From: Macrostomum lignano
Lineage: Eukaryota
Direction of reading: 5' to 3'
Assembly: GCA_002269645.1 (NCBI GenBank)
Contig: NIVC01000996.1
Location: 124,001 to 188,000, forward strand
DNA: 64,000 bases
Every line of letters starts with the position of its first letter. Position 1 is the first letter of the stretch. The position numbers and the translations under genes were made by a program. A model generated the notes under the pieces. It had not been told where the DNA came from. It saw only the letters and a list, made by a program, of their open reading frames with translations, and ran no database searches. This document shows, one piece after another, positions 11,742 through 24,203 of this stretch.

Positions 11742-13384
11742 TTTTTCTCAGAAAAATAGCGTATTCACTTTCGAATGGCAGTTCTGAGTATGATTTACGA
11801 AATTGACCATTCCATTCCATTGATTTTATTATTAATAAAATTGTAGTCCGTCTGCTGCATTGTGATTGGCTGAGCCAAAAATGGGGTCGCGTTGCGCCCA
11901 GGACTGGCTTAATGTGCATTTGTTGTACGCGCAGAAGGGGATAGAGTATAGACAACGAAATTGAGGGTATCGATTTTCTAAAAAGGAGGGGTGGGCGGTT
12001 GTTAAAGCCACGGTGGGGGGGGGGTCGGTGGATCCCTCCTGTTAGTGTAGAAAAAGGGCAAACAGAAGGCACGTACAATTGTGTGGTTGTCTCTTTTTAA
12101 TACTCGTAGCCTGAAACTGTTTCAACAAAAAGGCTGTACATACGACATAAATAAAATGAGGGAATTGGTGAGTGATATAGATAGTTAGCAATTCAATGTA
12201 GAATATCAGACGAAAACACAGAACAGCTAGCTGGCTTGCTATTGCAATTGGTTCAGTCATAAATGTACATTACCCAACGCAAACTGAAATGTACATAGCA
12301 GCTTAAGGCTGAAACACTTAGAAAGGCAATAAAAATTCGGCGGCGGGAAGGGGTGTAGTTGGTTTTGTGTGGAAAGAGTCAAGACGCAGTTAGAGGGCTT
12401 AAGCTACTGGGGGGGGGGGGCGTGGGGGATAATTAAGAGCCAATAATGAGCCTTGTGTTTAAAAGTAAAAAAATTGCTTCGGTTTAATTAATTTACAACT
12501 AAACTGATAGTACATGTAGTTTACACGCAAATGTGCCGAGTGGCCTATCTATAGTTTTTCTAGTACTTAATCGCGCATGGCTAGAGTTGGATTAAAGCTG
12601 CTACTTTTATAGTTCTCGGTCCTCATAAGGCATCGCCCAGCCATAATCTTCATTGAACTAACTGGTTTCGTAAGATGAATGTTTAAATAATCGGTCCTAA
12701 AGACACCAAAAAACGAAATCTAAAGGCAATTGACGATTAACTGTTCAGTAACCAGCACTGAAATCAGCTTTAATAATAAAGTCGTGAGCATTTTCTATAA
12801 CTATATTTATTTAATATTTAATATTCTTGTACGCATCTAACAGGACGGAAACTATCCAAAGATAGAGGGATCAATGCGAGATAAAGTCTTAAAAGATTGT
12901 TCGGACGGTCAGAACTATAAAAATAGATAGAAACAAACGGCAAATTCCAAAAATTCCTAGAGAAATAATAGAAAAAAACAAAAGAAAAACATTTTTCCAG
13001 TTGAAATCATTTTAAAAATCAGACAATAAGATTTACTTAGTCTAAAGTAATATATAGTCTTTAGTGAATTAAATTTTGAAAAAAGAACATGAAAACTGTT
13101 ATAAAAACATTGGTTTTGGCCACAAGACACTACACTGACAGATTAGATTATTTCGAACTCATTTAGTCTATGGCCCAACAGATTAGTCAAGTTGATGATA
13201 ATTAAGCTGATCAAATGGAGAATGCCTATTGGCTGCAGCAGCTCTGGGCCATAGACAATACAGCCAATCAAGTCCCGATACTTTTCCTATGATTGGCCGC
13301 CAAGCCAGCTGTCTATGGGTTAATTCTACCAAGTATTCTGACCCCAGAACTTCTCAGCAACTTTCCCTTAAGTCATATAGCCTA

Positions 13385-13655
13385 GGGGGTTGCAGCCTAG
13401 TGGTTAGAACGTCGGACTCACAACTGAAAGGTCGGGGGTTCGATTCTCGACCCAACTTGGAACAATTTGTGTCATTGAGCAAGACACTAACGATCTGCAC
13501 TGCTTCAGTTGGCCCAGCTGTGAAATGGGTCTGGGTGCCAGCATTAGCTTGGACTGAACAGCCGTACGCAACCTTCAGATGCACCGCGCAATAGCTGCGG
13601 CTGACGGGCTGAGCTGTCGGTTGCACATCTGCCCATTAGGGCAGGTGTTATCAAC
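13385..13655 (+). mobile_element. tRNA-derived SINE, copy 1
   Basis: tRNA-like head with A-box (CCTAGTGG) and B-box (GGTTCGATTC), core TTGAGCAAGACACT...CTTCAGTTGGCCCAGCTGTGAAATGGGT, and a 3' tail shared with the copy at 39532. Confidence 0.8.
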
Positions 13656-14115
13656 CCTAACACTGGGGTTGGCAAACTTTTTTAGCTTAAGGATCAGATA
13701 TAGAATCTAGCGCATGACTGCAGGCCATAAAGAAGAGAGGAGAGAGGGGAAATGAGAGAAGATGGGAGAAATGAGATAAGAGAGGAGAGGAGAGGAGGGG
13801 ATAGGGGAGACGAGAGAGAAGAGAGGAGAGGAAAAAGGTAAGTAGAGAAGAGGATAGAGGAGAGGAAAGAAGAGAGGGGAGAAGGGAAATGATAGAGGAT
13901 AGAAAAGAAAAATGAGCTGAGAAGAGACAAAAACCCCTGAGAAGAGAGAAACCCGGATTGCTATTGGGAAGTTTAAAAGAACTCGAGAGAGGCTTTACGA
14001 GCCGCCTCTCTCTGCCAAGCCCTGCCCCAACCCTCAATTTTCTCCCTTTGCTGATTGGCCTTATCTGCAAATCCCGTTGATGGTATGACAAAAAAAGCTA
14101 CACATCACAATTTCA

Positions 14116-14548
14116 TCACTTAAACTCGTGACCCAAGCCCAGACTATTAACCAGATTAACTTGTGCCACTTTCTTGTCAAACGTATCCGAGCCGCGCTTA
14201 GCACTGGCGCGCAGTCGCGCCGCCGTCTCCGCGGTGGCGCGCACATTTTGGCGCTCCCGATTGCGCGCTTCAACAAGCTTGGCCGCTTCCTGTTGTTTAG
14301 CCAGCAATTTTGATTCTGTCTGACTGCGCCAGGCCTCCTCGGCGCGCTCCTGTTCGCGCTGATTCCGGCGCGCCACAGCTTGGCGCTGAGATTCTTTAGC
14401 TGCGGCTCGGCGCGCCATCTGCTGGGAGCGCCGATTCACCACCTCTTCGGCGCGCCGTTCAGCCAGTTCGCGATAGCGCCGCAGCTCCTCCTTGTATTCG
14501 TCGATCTCCCTTTCTAAGCGCTTCCGGCGCTCGATTGACGAGCGAAAT
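14116..14548 (-). CDS. CCDC177: CCDC177-like exon 4 (terminal)
   Basis: CCTCAG|A acceptor; C-terminus SDTFDKKVAQVNL resembles CCDC177 RSFDRMVREAQL. Confidence 0.75.
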
Positions 14549-14927
14549 CTGAGGGGAAGACGAAGTGATGGTTGACTTTTTGTTTAATTTAAGGAGATGA
14601 GTCGAATAGTGTTACTGTAAGTAGAATATACAATAAATTTGCAGTGTTTCCATTATTATAATGCATTTTCCCTATATTTCTACTAACAGTAGTGCCTAGT
14701 AAAAGTTTATCTCTTCTTATTCGCTTTATGCCCAAAAAAATAAATCTCGATTTGTTATCTAAATCCAAATCCCATTCTACTATTGTCACCCAATAATCCA
14801 AATCCTAATCAGCTATTATCCCTCAAAAATCTAAATCCCATTCTGCTTTTATCACCCAATAATCTAAATCATAACCTATTGTAATAATCCAGTGAAAATG
14901 CCTACTAGTTTTGTCCCTGAAAACTAC

Positions 14928-15472
14928 CTCTCCAATTGCATCAGCTGCTGCTCCTTCAGGCTCAGCTGCTTCTTCTCCATCGCCAGTTCGTGATTCCTAG
15001 TGGCCGACTGCGCGCGTAGCTCCCTAGCCTGGCGCGCAGATTCAGATTCGCGCTTAGCCATGCGGCGCATCTCAGCTGATCGGTCTCGGTGCGCCAGTTC
15101 GCGTCGTTTTAGCTGCCGATGACGGCGCTGTCGCTCCTCGGCTTCTTGGCTGGATTTGGCGCGGCTGGCGCGCGCCAACTCATCGGCGCTGTCCTGTAGC
15201 GCCGCACCGCTGGCGCCACTCGCTCGGCGCTGTTCCTGGCGCCGGCGCATCTCAGCCTGACGCTGGCGCGTCTCCCATGGTTCCACGGCGCCCAGGCTTG
15301 ACGAGCTCAGAGCGTCGGTGGATTGGGAGCGCTGGCGGGGCCTGCTGCTGCTGCTAGTGATCTGCTGCTGCTGCTGTTGCTGCTTCTGCTCAGTCAACTG
15401 GCGCTCACGGTCGCGGCGCGCTTTTGACTCCTCCTGAGGCGGGCGCGGCGGTGTGAGGTACTTGTGTAACAC
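14928..15472 (-). CDS. CCDC177: CCDC177-like exon 3
   Basis: ATTAG|GTG acceptor (phase 0), R/E/Q-rich coiled coil, AG|GTAGTT donor (phase 2). Confidence 0.75.
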
Positions 15473-16050
15473 CTAATTTGGTGATATTCATACACCTAAT
15501 TTGGCGCCATTCAGACACCTAATTTGGCGCCATTTAGACACCTAATTTGGCGCCAGCTAGACACCTAATTTGATGCCATTTAGACACCTAATTTAGCGCT
15601 GTTCATACACCTAATTTGGCGCAATTTAGACACCTAATTTAGCGCCAGTTAGACACCTAATTTAGCGCCGTTAAGACACCTAATTTAGCGCCATTCAGAC
15701 ATAATTTGGCGCCAGTTAGAAATAATTTGGCGCCATTTAGACACCTAATTTGGCGCTATTCGGACACCTAATTGGCACCATTTAGACAAATAATGTGGCG
15801 CCATTTAGACAACTAATTTGGCGCTGGTTAGACACCTAATTTGGCCCTATTAAGAAATATAACTTGGCGCCATTTAGACTACTAATTTGGCGCCATTTAG
15901 ACATAATTTGGCGCCATTCAGACACCTAATTTGGCGCTATTTAGACATACTTTGGCGCTATTCAGACACCTAATTTGGCGCTAGTTAGACACCTAACTTT
16001 GCGCCATTCAGACACCTAATGTGGCGCCATTCAGACACCTAATTTGGCGC
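15469..16050. repeat. ~22-bp minisatellite filling CCDC177-like intron 2
   Basis: Tandem GACACCTAATTTGGCGCCATT(T/C)A. Confidence 0.95.
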
Positions 16051-16076
16051 CCATAACCAACCCATTCCACACTCAC

Positions 16077-16227
16077 CAGCCGCCTCAACCGCCTAGTTTC
16101 CAAACGCTGCTTCAGTCGTTCAGCTTGAACCTCGTGATCCGCCAGTTCCCGGCGAATCTGTGACTCCCAATTGCCAGAGTCGGTCCCGCCGTTGCTAAGT
16201 AACGGAGCTGTCTGCTGCTGCTTACTG
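16077..16227 (-). CDS. CCDC177: CCDC177-like exon 2
   Basis: TTTCAG|C acceptor, CTG|GTGAGT donor; phases fit neighbours. Confidence 0.75.
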
Positions 16228-16419
16228 CTGAAACAAACAAAATCAAGTGTGGAATTTTGCGATTAAAAACTACACAGTTGAGGCAGAGGTCTATGGACCT
16301 CGTTTTATGCGTTTGCATAAATAGTTATCTTCGATTCCTATGAAAGTTAAGGGCTCTTTTGCAGAGATCTTGCAACTTTTCAGAGGGATTGGAAGCCACT
16401 TGCAGTGCAGACGCTGGAA

Positions 16420-17445
16420 GCTATCTACAGACCCTAAAGATCCTGGAAGCCATCTACAGACCCTAGAGATCCTGGAAGCCATCTACAGACCCTAGAGATC
16501 CTGGAAGCCATCTACAGACCCTAAAGATCCTGGAAGCCATAGTCTACAGACTCTAGAGATCCTGGAAACCATCTACAGACCCTAAAGATCCTGAAAGCCA
16601 TCTACAGACCCTAGAGATCCTGGAAGCCATCTACAGACCCTAGAGATCCTGGAAGCCATCTACAGACCCTAGAGATCCTGGAAGCCATCTACAGACCCTA
16701 AAGATCCTGGAAGCCATAGTCTACAGACTCTAGAGATCCTGGAAACCATCTACAGACCCTAAAGATCCTGAAAGCCATCTACAGACCCTAGAGATCCTGG
16801 AAGCCATCTACAGACCCTAAAGATCCTGGAAGCCATAGTCTACAGACCCTAGAGATCCTGGAAGCCATCTACAGACCCTAGAGATCCTGGAAACCATCTA
16901 CAGACCCTAGAGATCCTGAAAGCCATCTACAGACCCTAGAGATCCTGGAAGCCATCTACAGACCCTAGAGATCCTGGAAGCCATCTACAGACCCTAAAGA
17001 TCCTGGAAGCCATAGTCTACAGACCCTAGAGATCCTGGAAACCATCTACAGACCCTAAAGATCCTGGAAGCCATAGTCTACAGACCCTAGAGATCCTGGA
17101 AACCATCTACAGACCCTAAAGATCCTGGAAGCCATAGTCTACAGACCCTAGAGATCCTGGAAGCCATCTACATACCTTAGCCTAGAGATCCTGGAAACCA
17201 TCTACAGACCCTAGAGATCCTGGAAGCAATAGTCTACAGACCCTAGAGATCCTGGAAACCATCTACAGACCCTAGAGATCCTGGAACTGGAAACCATCTA
17301 CAGACCCTAGAGATCCTGGAAGCCATATTCTACAGACCCTAGAGATCCTGGAAGCCATATCTTACAGACCCTAGAGATCCTAGAAGCCATATTCTACAGA
17401 CCCTTGAGATCCTAGAAGCCATATACTACAGACCCTAGAGATCTT
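16420..17445. repeat. 29/32-bp minisatellite in CCDC177-like intron 1
   Basis: Tandem ATCTACAGACCCTAGAGATCCTGGAAGCC with ATAGTC variants. Confidence 0.95.
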
Positions 17446-17563
17446 ACAGTTGTTAAAACAATTAGTTAGCTTTAAGAAATGTAATAATAAAACCAAAACC
17501 ATAAACCCTAAAAATCTAGACAGCGAATTTACTTTAATCTTTAGCTTAGTCTGGATCACTAAC

Positions 17564-18015
17564 CGAATTGCTGAATCATTCTCAACAAACTCCTCGGCAG
17601 CCATCAGTTTCTCGCGCTCCTGTCTAGCTAAGCTCAGGCTGGCCTTCCTCTCGGCTTCGTGCTCATCGTAGAGTTCAAACAGCTGCGCCACGGGTAATCC
17701 CGGATTCTCGAGCTCGAAATCCTGCAGTCGTTTGTACAACAGACGAACCGGTTGTAGGCCTAGGCGATGGCAGGCCTCTAGGCTGCGCGGACTAGTAAGG
17801 ACATAGTCGAGACAATCGAATTCAGGGCTGTCAAAATTGGTCAGATCGATTCGCGGCACCGTGGACTGTTCCGACGCGGCGGTTTGATTTAGATTGTCCA
17901 TCGACTTAGTTGACGAGAGCAGAGTTCCTTGAGCTCGTCCTTTGGCCACCTTGCGCGGCAGGCCAGTGCCTACCCCAGTTCCGGTGCGCCAGAAGTCCTG
18001 ACTACTGGCTGACAT
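17564..18015 (-). CDS. CCDC177: CCDC177-like coiled-coil protein, exon 1 of 4 (complement join 14116..14548,14928..15472,16077..16227,17564..18015; 526 aa)
   Basis: IDLTNFDSPEFDCLDYVLTSPRSLEACHRLGLQPVRLL...YDEHEAERKASLSLARQEREKLM matches the CCDC177/CCDC185 signature YVLTSPRSLEAC; phase-2 donor CG|GTTAGT. Confidence 0.8.
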
Positions 18016-19374
18016 GGATCTCTCTGGCTAGACCACACTGCAAACAGACTATTGTATTGGAGTATTTAGCAGTGACGTGTTTAATCAAACTTTGGTTCCA
18101 CTTAATTCACGCTTTCTGTCGTCTCTTAAAGGGTTGTTTGGGCCAAAACAAAAATGGCACGCTAAACACACACCGTCGGAACAGTGGGTGGGCGAGTGAG
18201 TTGTAAAAAAGGAAAGGAAAGGGTGGGGCGGGCGAGCGGGCGGCAGATTGTAAACTGAATAGAAGGGAGAGAACTGGGGAGGAGAGGTAGGTGGTTGTAA
18301 AACCCCAGACCTTCCATCCGTCCTTCCAGCCATGCCAACCCAGCCTTCGCCTCTCTTATCTTACCCACCCCCCCTCACCCTGTAGCCTTTATTTTTTTCA
18401 GGCTAATGTACATACTAACTCTCGTCCCTTCCTTCCCGACATGCACATAACCCGCCCTATCTGCAAGCGCGAACGATCTAACTCAGCGTACAAATTAATC
18501 CGTACACAAACTACATTAATTTGTAGAAGCCAAAAAATAACCACCGCTATAGGCTTCATCATTAGACTTAAGGAAGATGATCCAGCCAAGTAGAGTACAG
18601 ATACTCGTAGGAGTACACGTAATGAACGATGCGCCTTCATTTCCAAAAATTTCTTCGTTTTTTGAAAATCACTCTTCCAAAATTAAAAACTATTCAAACC
18701 GAAATTAACAAACGCCAGACTATATTGTTCAAGCTTTTTTAATCGATAGTTTTTAATATTAGTGAATAAATATTAATCAAAACAACCTTCTTCAAGTAAA
18801 TAATGTATTTTGTGTCCTATAGTACAAGTTCACCACTTAAATATAACTAGATTAGTTAACCAATAAAAATATTCTGAGTAAGCAATTAATTAGTCGAAAT
18901 AAATAATGCTGATATGATCAGAGACTGACTGCTGTTATAAATATTTCTTTGAAAATACACGACTTTTTACTAATAAGTGATAACTGAATAAACAAACATT
19001 AATTTACAGCATGCACAAAATAAGAAGAGAAAATGGAATGAAATTTCAATCAAACGCATTCACGCAAATCTCGTTGTTAAAAATGCAATACAGTCACAGA
19101 AGTTTATGAAACAATAAACTAAGACTTAACAGCTTAATAACATTGTATCTATCTAAATAATCATAATCAGGAGAGTTTGTGTTGACGCAATATTAGACAT
19201 TTAATATCATGAAGTGGTGTCAATACTCGTAAATTACTAAAAACATTTAAGACTGTATTCAGTGACCAGTACATACGAGTATATTTATTGACAATATTTA
19301 TATCATTATGGAACACGCTTTTATCAGTTTATGTCAGTATACAAAACATGTCAGTATTTTGCAGGACTTACCAA

Positions 19375-20030
19375 GAGCGATATTTTAGGTAAGTGTAGGA
19401 TCAGTTCCAAGACTGCCAGCGGCCATATTTTAGGTCAGTTTAGGACCAGTTCCATAATAGTGTCAGGTCCATATTTTCAGTTAGTTTAGGACCAGCTCCC
19501 TAAGAGTGCCAGGGACCATATTTTAGGCCACTTTAGGACCAGCTTCAAGACTACCAGGGGCGATATTTTAGGTCAGTTTATGACCAGTTTCCTAAAACTG
19601 CCAGATGCGATACTTTAGGTAAGTTTAGTCCCAGTTTCTTAAAACTGCCAGATGCGATATTTTAGGTAAGTTTAGTCCAAGTTTCCTAAATCTGCCAGAT
19701 GTGATATTTTAGGTAAGTTTAGTCCCAGTTTCTTAAAACTGCCAGATGCGATATTTTAGGTAAGTTTACGACCAGTTTCCTAAAACTGCCAGATGCGATA
19801 TTTTAGGTAAGTTTAGGACCAGTTCCATAATAGTGTCAGGGCCATATTTTTAGTTAGCTTAGGACCAGTTCCCTAAGAGTGCCAGGGGCCATATCTTAGG
19901 TCAGTTTAGGACCAGTTTTAAGACTACCAGGGGCGATAATTTAGGTCAGTTTAGGACCAGTGTCCTAAAACTGCAAGATGCGATATTTTAGGTCAGTTTA
20001 GGACTAATTCTCAAGACTGCTATGGACGTT
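19375..20030. repeat. degenerate ~43-bp tandem repeat
   Basis: Recurrent GATATTTTAGGT(A/C)AGTTTAG(G/T)ACCAGTTTC...ACTGCCAG. Confidence 0.85.
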
Positions 20031-20209
20031 AATTTAAGTCAGCTGAAGGCCAAATTAGTAATAGGATTTTCAACACAATTTTGAAAAAACCCAAAGCTAC
20101 ATTACTGGTGGATAATAGACAAAAAATAACTATTTTCCGGTTCTGTCAAGACTAGTAGAAAGGCGATCGGTCGGTTAAAGAACAAAGCAATAATAATAGC
20201 AATTCAAAT

Positions 20210-20566
20210 TCAAACACCAGAAGCCACCTGTTTGTTAATCCGATCAGCAAAGCTACGATTTAACTGTCGCTGCCTTCTCTGCACAAGTGCGCCAGATAAA
20301 AGCAACGCTAGAAAGCACAGTGCGTGAAATAGAAAGAATTTGCCGCGCTCCAGTGCCTGCGACTTTGTCGGTATCAAATTGGATGGACAGGCGGCGAATC
20401 TAGATGGCGTAGATTTCTGTTCGCTGTCGCCGGGGCAAGCGACACGGCGCTTGTAGCCAGATACGCAATAGGATGATAATTTGGCGTTTGATAGGCTGGA
20501 TTCGAATTGGCTGCAACGAATACACGGCCCCACGGCTAGACAGCTGCGGTTGCCGGGTAGAAGCAC
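20210..20566 (-). CDS. JTB: JTB exon 3 (Cys-rich ectodomain, TM helix, C-tail)
   Basis: GPCIRCSQFE...CVSGYKRRVAC...ALERGKFFLF...LVQRRQRQLNRSFADRINKQV matches recalled JTB ECSPCSNF...TGYVEKITC...LMEQRLFWKF...IIRQRQLDRKALEKVRKQI. Confidence 0.8.
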   Translation of the reverse strand: MLLPGNRSCLAVGPCIRCSQFESSLSNAKLSSYCVSGYKRRVACPGDSEQKSTPSRFAACPSNLIPTKSQALERGKFFLFHALCFLALLLSGALVQRRQRQLNRSFADRINKQVASGV

Positions 20567-20679
20567 CTGGGGGTGCAGGGGGGGGGGCGGTAGGCAAGTG
20601 TAAGGCCATTAGGATATGGAAGGCAGATAGGAGAGGGAATGCTGTTAAGGATGGGGGCAGAGGGAGAGTCAGGAGAGGT

Positions 20680-21350
20680 AAAGGGAGGGCTTGAGACAGA
20701 GGGAGAGGGAGAAGGAGAGGGGGAAGAGGTAGAGAGGGGAGAGGGGAAGCAGGGGGAGGGCAGGCAGAGGGGAAGGCATAGGGGGGCAGGCAGAGGGCAG
20801 AGGGGAAGGCAGAGGGCAGGCAGGGGGCAGAAGGGAAGGCAGAGGGGGCAGGCAGAGAGCAGAGGGAAGGGCAGGCGGAGGGCAGGCAGAGGGGAAGACA
20901 GGCAGAGGGGAGGCAGAGGGCAGAGGGGAAGACAGGCAGAGGGGAGGCAGAGGGCAGATGGGAGGCAGAGGGAGAGGGCAGAGGGGAAGACAGGCAGAGG
21001 GGAGGCAGAGGGGAGCCAGAGGGCAGAGGGGAGGCAGAGGGCACAGGGGAAGACAGGCAGAGGGGAGGCAGAGGGCAGAGGGGAAGACAGGCAGAGGGGA
21101 GGCAGAGGGCAGAGGGGAAGACAGGCAGAGGGGAGGCAGAGGGCACAGGGGAAGACAGGCAGAGGGGAGGCAGAGGGCACAGGGGAAGACAGGCAGAGGG
21201 GAGGCAGAGGGCAGAGGGGAAGACAGGCAGAGGGGAGGCAGAGGGCACAGGGGAAGACAGGCAGAGGGGAGGCAGAGGGCAGAGGGGAAGACAGGCAGAG
21301 GGGAGGCAGAGGGCAGAGGGGAAGACAGGCAGAGGGGAGGCAGAGGGCAG
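20680..21350. repeat. purine-rich GGCAGAGGG minisatellite in JTB intron 2
   Basis: Tandem GGCAGAGGGGAAGACAGGCAGAGGGGAGGCAGAG. Confidence 0.9.
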
Positions 21351-21416
21351 ATGAAGCAGAGAGCTAGTCAAGGGGCATTAAGGTGCGAAAAACAAAGGTG
21401 CGCAGAGCGGACAAAC

Positions 21417-21579
21417 CTGCTGAGGATTAGGCAGAATCAGCTGGGAGCCTGGCTTAGCAGGCGAAGAAGATGTAGACGCAGTGCCAGCGGAATCTGGTGC
21501 CAATGGAACAGCATCCGCCTTGACAGCTTCTGGATGCTCAATTAGTGCGTCCTCCAGATACAAAGCCAAGATGCATATG
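21417..21579 (-). CDS. JTB: JTB exon 2
   Basis: TTCCTAG|C acceptor, CAG|GTTTGT donor (phase 0). Confidence 0.7.
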
Positions 21580-21664
21580 CTAGGAAAAGTGAGAGAATGA
21601 ATGTATGGTATTATTTCTACAATTAAATAACAAAATATTTTAATCTGGCAATAGAAAAGCTTAC

Positions 21665-21720
21665 AAAATTAAACCACCAATGGTAGTCATCATAATTTTT
21701 TTGCTGCAATATTCAATCAT
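21665..21720 (-). CDS. JTB: JTB homolog, exon 1 of 3 (complement join 20210..20566,21417..21579,21665..21720; 191 aa)
   Basis: ATG...TT|GTAAGC phase 2; with exon 2 gives the signal-peptide-like MIEYCSKKIMMTTIGGLIFICILALYL. Confidence 0.65.
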
Positions 21721-22179
21721 GCTGTATGTCTTGATGCTTTTGCAGTTTTTGCATGCATAAAATTGATTGACTAGAATTAAATCAATGCAGTTCAAATCTA
21801 AAATCTTGAGAAATTTGCAATGTCAATCAACTGATTGAAAGTAACCTCACTCTTACCTCAATAGGGTTTTTATTAATCTACAATAGCTGGATTTGTTTAA
21901 ACATTCTTTCTGCCATTTCAAGTCAATCTTTTAAATAAACGACACTATTCCCTTAGATTCTAAAACAATGTATGAGTTTTTAATATAAAAATCTTTTTTT
22001 TATATATTTACTTACCAATTACAAATTGTTTATTTATTGTACTTATTATAAGGTGGATATGCTTTTTACCCTACTAATAGTAGTTCAAGCTTGGAAAATG
22101 TTAGAGAGCAAGACGTTGAGATTAGGAGCTTCTCTATAAATAAAAAGCAGTGCTTGCAGTGAAGAAACCTCTTCAACTA

Positions 22180-22515
22180 CACCATCTTTTAAATTTCTCC
22201 TACAAACATTTGTGCTTCATCACTGTACATAACTCTTACACTCCTTTTCTGTTTTTAGTTTCAACTCTCACTCATTTGTTTTACCCATCTTACACTTTTT
22301 CATTTGTTTTAAGTTTTATTTGCATTGTTTATTTGTATTTAGTTTTACTACTGTATCAATTTAATTTGTTTTATTTTTACTCTTCCAAACTCGACCCTTA
22401 AAATAATATATATCATACCAACAGGAACAAAAAATACATCAATTGCGTAAGAGCCCCCCCCTAGGGCTGAGGCACAGGGCCTTCGTTTGCCCAGTACTTA
22501 TTAATGAATGAATGA
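22180..22515 (+). mobile_element. 5'-truncated LINE 3' end (L2/CR1-like)
   Basis: 18-bp TSD AAGAAACCTCTTCAACTA at 22162-22179 and 22516-22533; (ATGA)n tail; 5' part reads like a decayed RT C-terminus (PSFKFLLQTF). Confidence 0.65.
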
Positions 22516-22759
22516 AAGAAACCTCTTCAACTAATTTCAAACGATAAAATATAAATATTAACATAAGACCCCTGGCTAGGGGCTGATGCACTTATACTTA
22601 TAAAACAAACAAACTAACAAGAAACTTGACTTTTTGACTGCCAGTTAGTAGTAAATTTTTTTTGAATTTTTTTTTGCTTTTAAGGCCTTTTCAAATTTAA
22701 AACTCTATAATATATTTTAGCTCACATTGAAAATAATTAAAAAAATATAGGCTTAAACT

Positions 22760-23470
22760 TTATGGTAATTTCTTTTTTTGATCATTTGTTTAATTTACCA
22801 AGAATCAATTATCTGATTGACATATATTATTCAATTATGCCTTGAAAATGTACCTAAAATCATATTTCATACAGGGCATGGATAGACTATACATTGTAGG
22901 TGACCTGTTGTGAGCTAAATCTTTTTGATCAGCTTTTACTATGCGCCACTGTTTACTAGAATTTTTTTAGTTTTTTGTAATGCAACATATCTGCCACTTT
23001 TTGAACATTTTTGTTTATGTGCACTAGAATTTCCTGCCATAATGTATATCTTCTTGAGTATGATATAGACAATATCCCTGATATCAAAGAAGACAATAAG
23101 CATAAGTTTCACTGTTGACCTTGACTAGCATATCTTCATTTGTCTTGGTGATCTTGGCCACCTCTATTCAAAACTCTAATATATGGTCTTTGGGTTATAC
23201 TTGAAAATATATAACTTAGTCCTTGCTTAGCAACTTAGGAACAATCTTGGCATTGATCTTGCATATCCCTAGATCTTCAGTCAAGATTTTATAAACATTG
23301 TTGTAGTCTATGCCTAGCATATTTGCAATCAAGCATATTGTCAGCCATTGGTTGCTTCAAAGCAACATAGTCACTTTCTCAATATTTTTATCAGTTCTGC
23401 TTATTCAAAGCGTTCTATTTCTAGTGTTGTTATTAATATTCTCCTATCTACCCTTTTTTAAATTGGAGCC
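22760..23470 (-). pseudogene. decayed mariner transposase
   Basis: Interrupted translation RTDKNIEKV (23372-23392), ILTEDLGICKINAKIVPKLL (23230-23288), VKLMLIVFFDIRDIVY (23062-23112) matches mariner motifs; many stops. Confidence 0.75.
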
Positions 23471-24203
23471 TATTTAGGCCTATAGGCACAACAGCTATGT
23501 CTATAAGTATGGATACTATAGCTTGCAAAAAACTGCAAATTTAAAAGGCCTAGTGCACCCAGAAGCTATACTGTGTAGTGTAGGCCTGCTGCCTAGGCAT
23601 AGGCCTAGTCCTAGATCTTTTTTGAACACCTTGTACTAAAAAAACACTTAGTGTACAATGCAAAAATGCTAAAAATGGCTAAAGAAATAGGCAGTTGTTA
23701 TTGTTATTGTGACTGTATAAATAGCAAGATGGTTATTTTTACAGTTAATACTTAAAACAAATACCATCTAAATGAAGTGACGAAATTGTTGTGCAAATAT
23801 TATTAGGCCTATGGTTAAATTAAAAAAATAAAGAAATGTTTTATTAATAAATACAATGGTAACTTCTAGCGGTTTTTGTCATGGTAGCTTATTTTAGGTA
23901 ATTGTTAACTATTAGAATAGGGCCTAGGGGCCTACATTGTAATTTAACTGAAATTTTTGAAATTTGAATTTTAGACTGAAATCAGACTGAAATTTGACCA
24001 TAAAAATAGGCAATAGACATTTTGTTTCCTAGCTACAGTGACCAAAAAAATAACAGTTTTGCTATTTTTATGGTTTTATTAAGTAAAGAACATAGGCCCA
24101 CATAGTGTCTTATGTGTTAACTATAAAAACAACCATTTTGTTATTTATAGGCCTAGCCTATAGATGGTCACCATAACATAACAACTACCAAATAAATAAT
24201 GAC

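Noticed and set aside
13385-13455. tRNA gene
   Set aside because: Acceptor stem does not pair properly, and the sequence continues into a SINE body shared with 39532.
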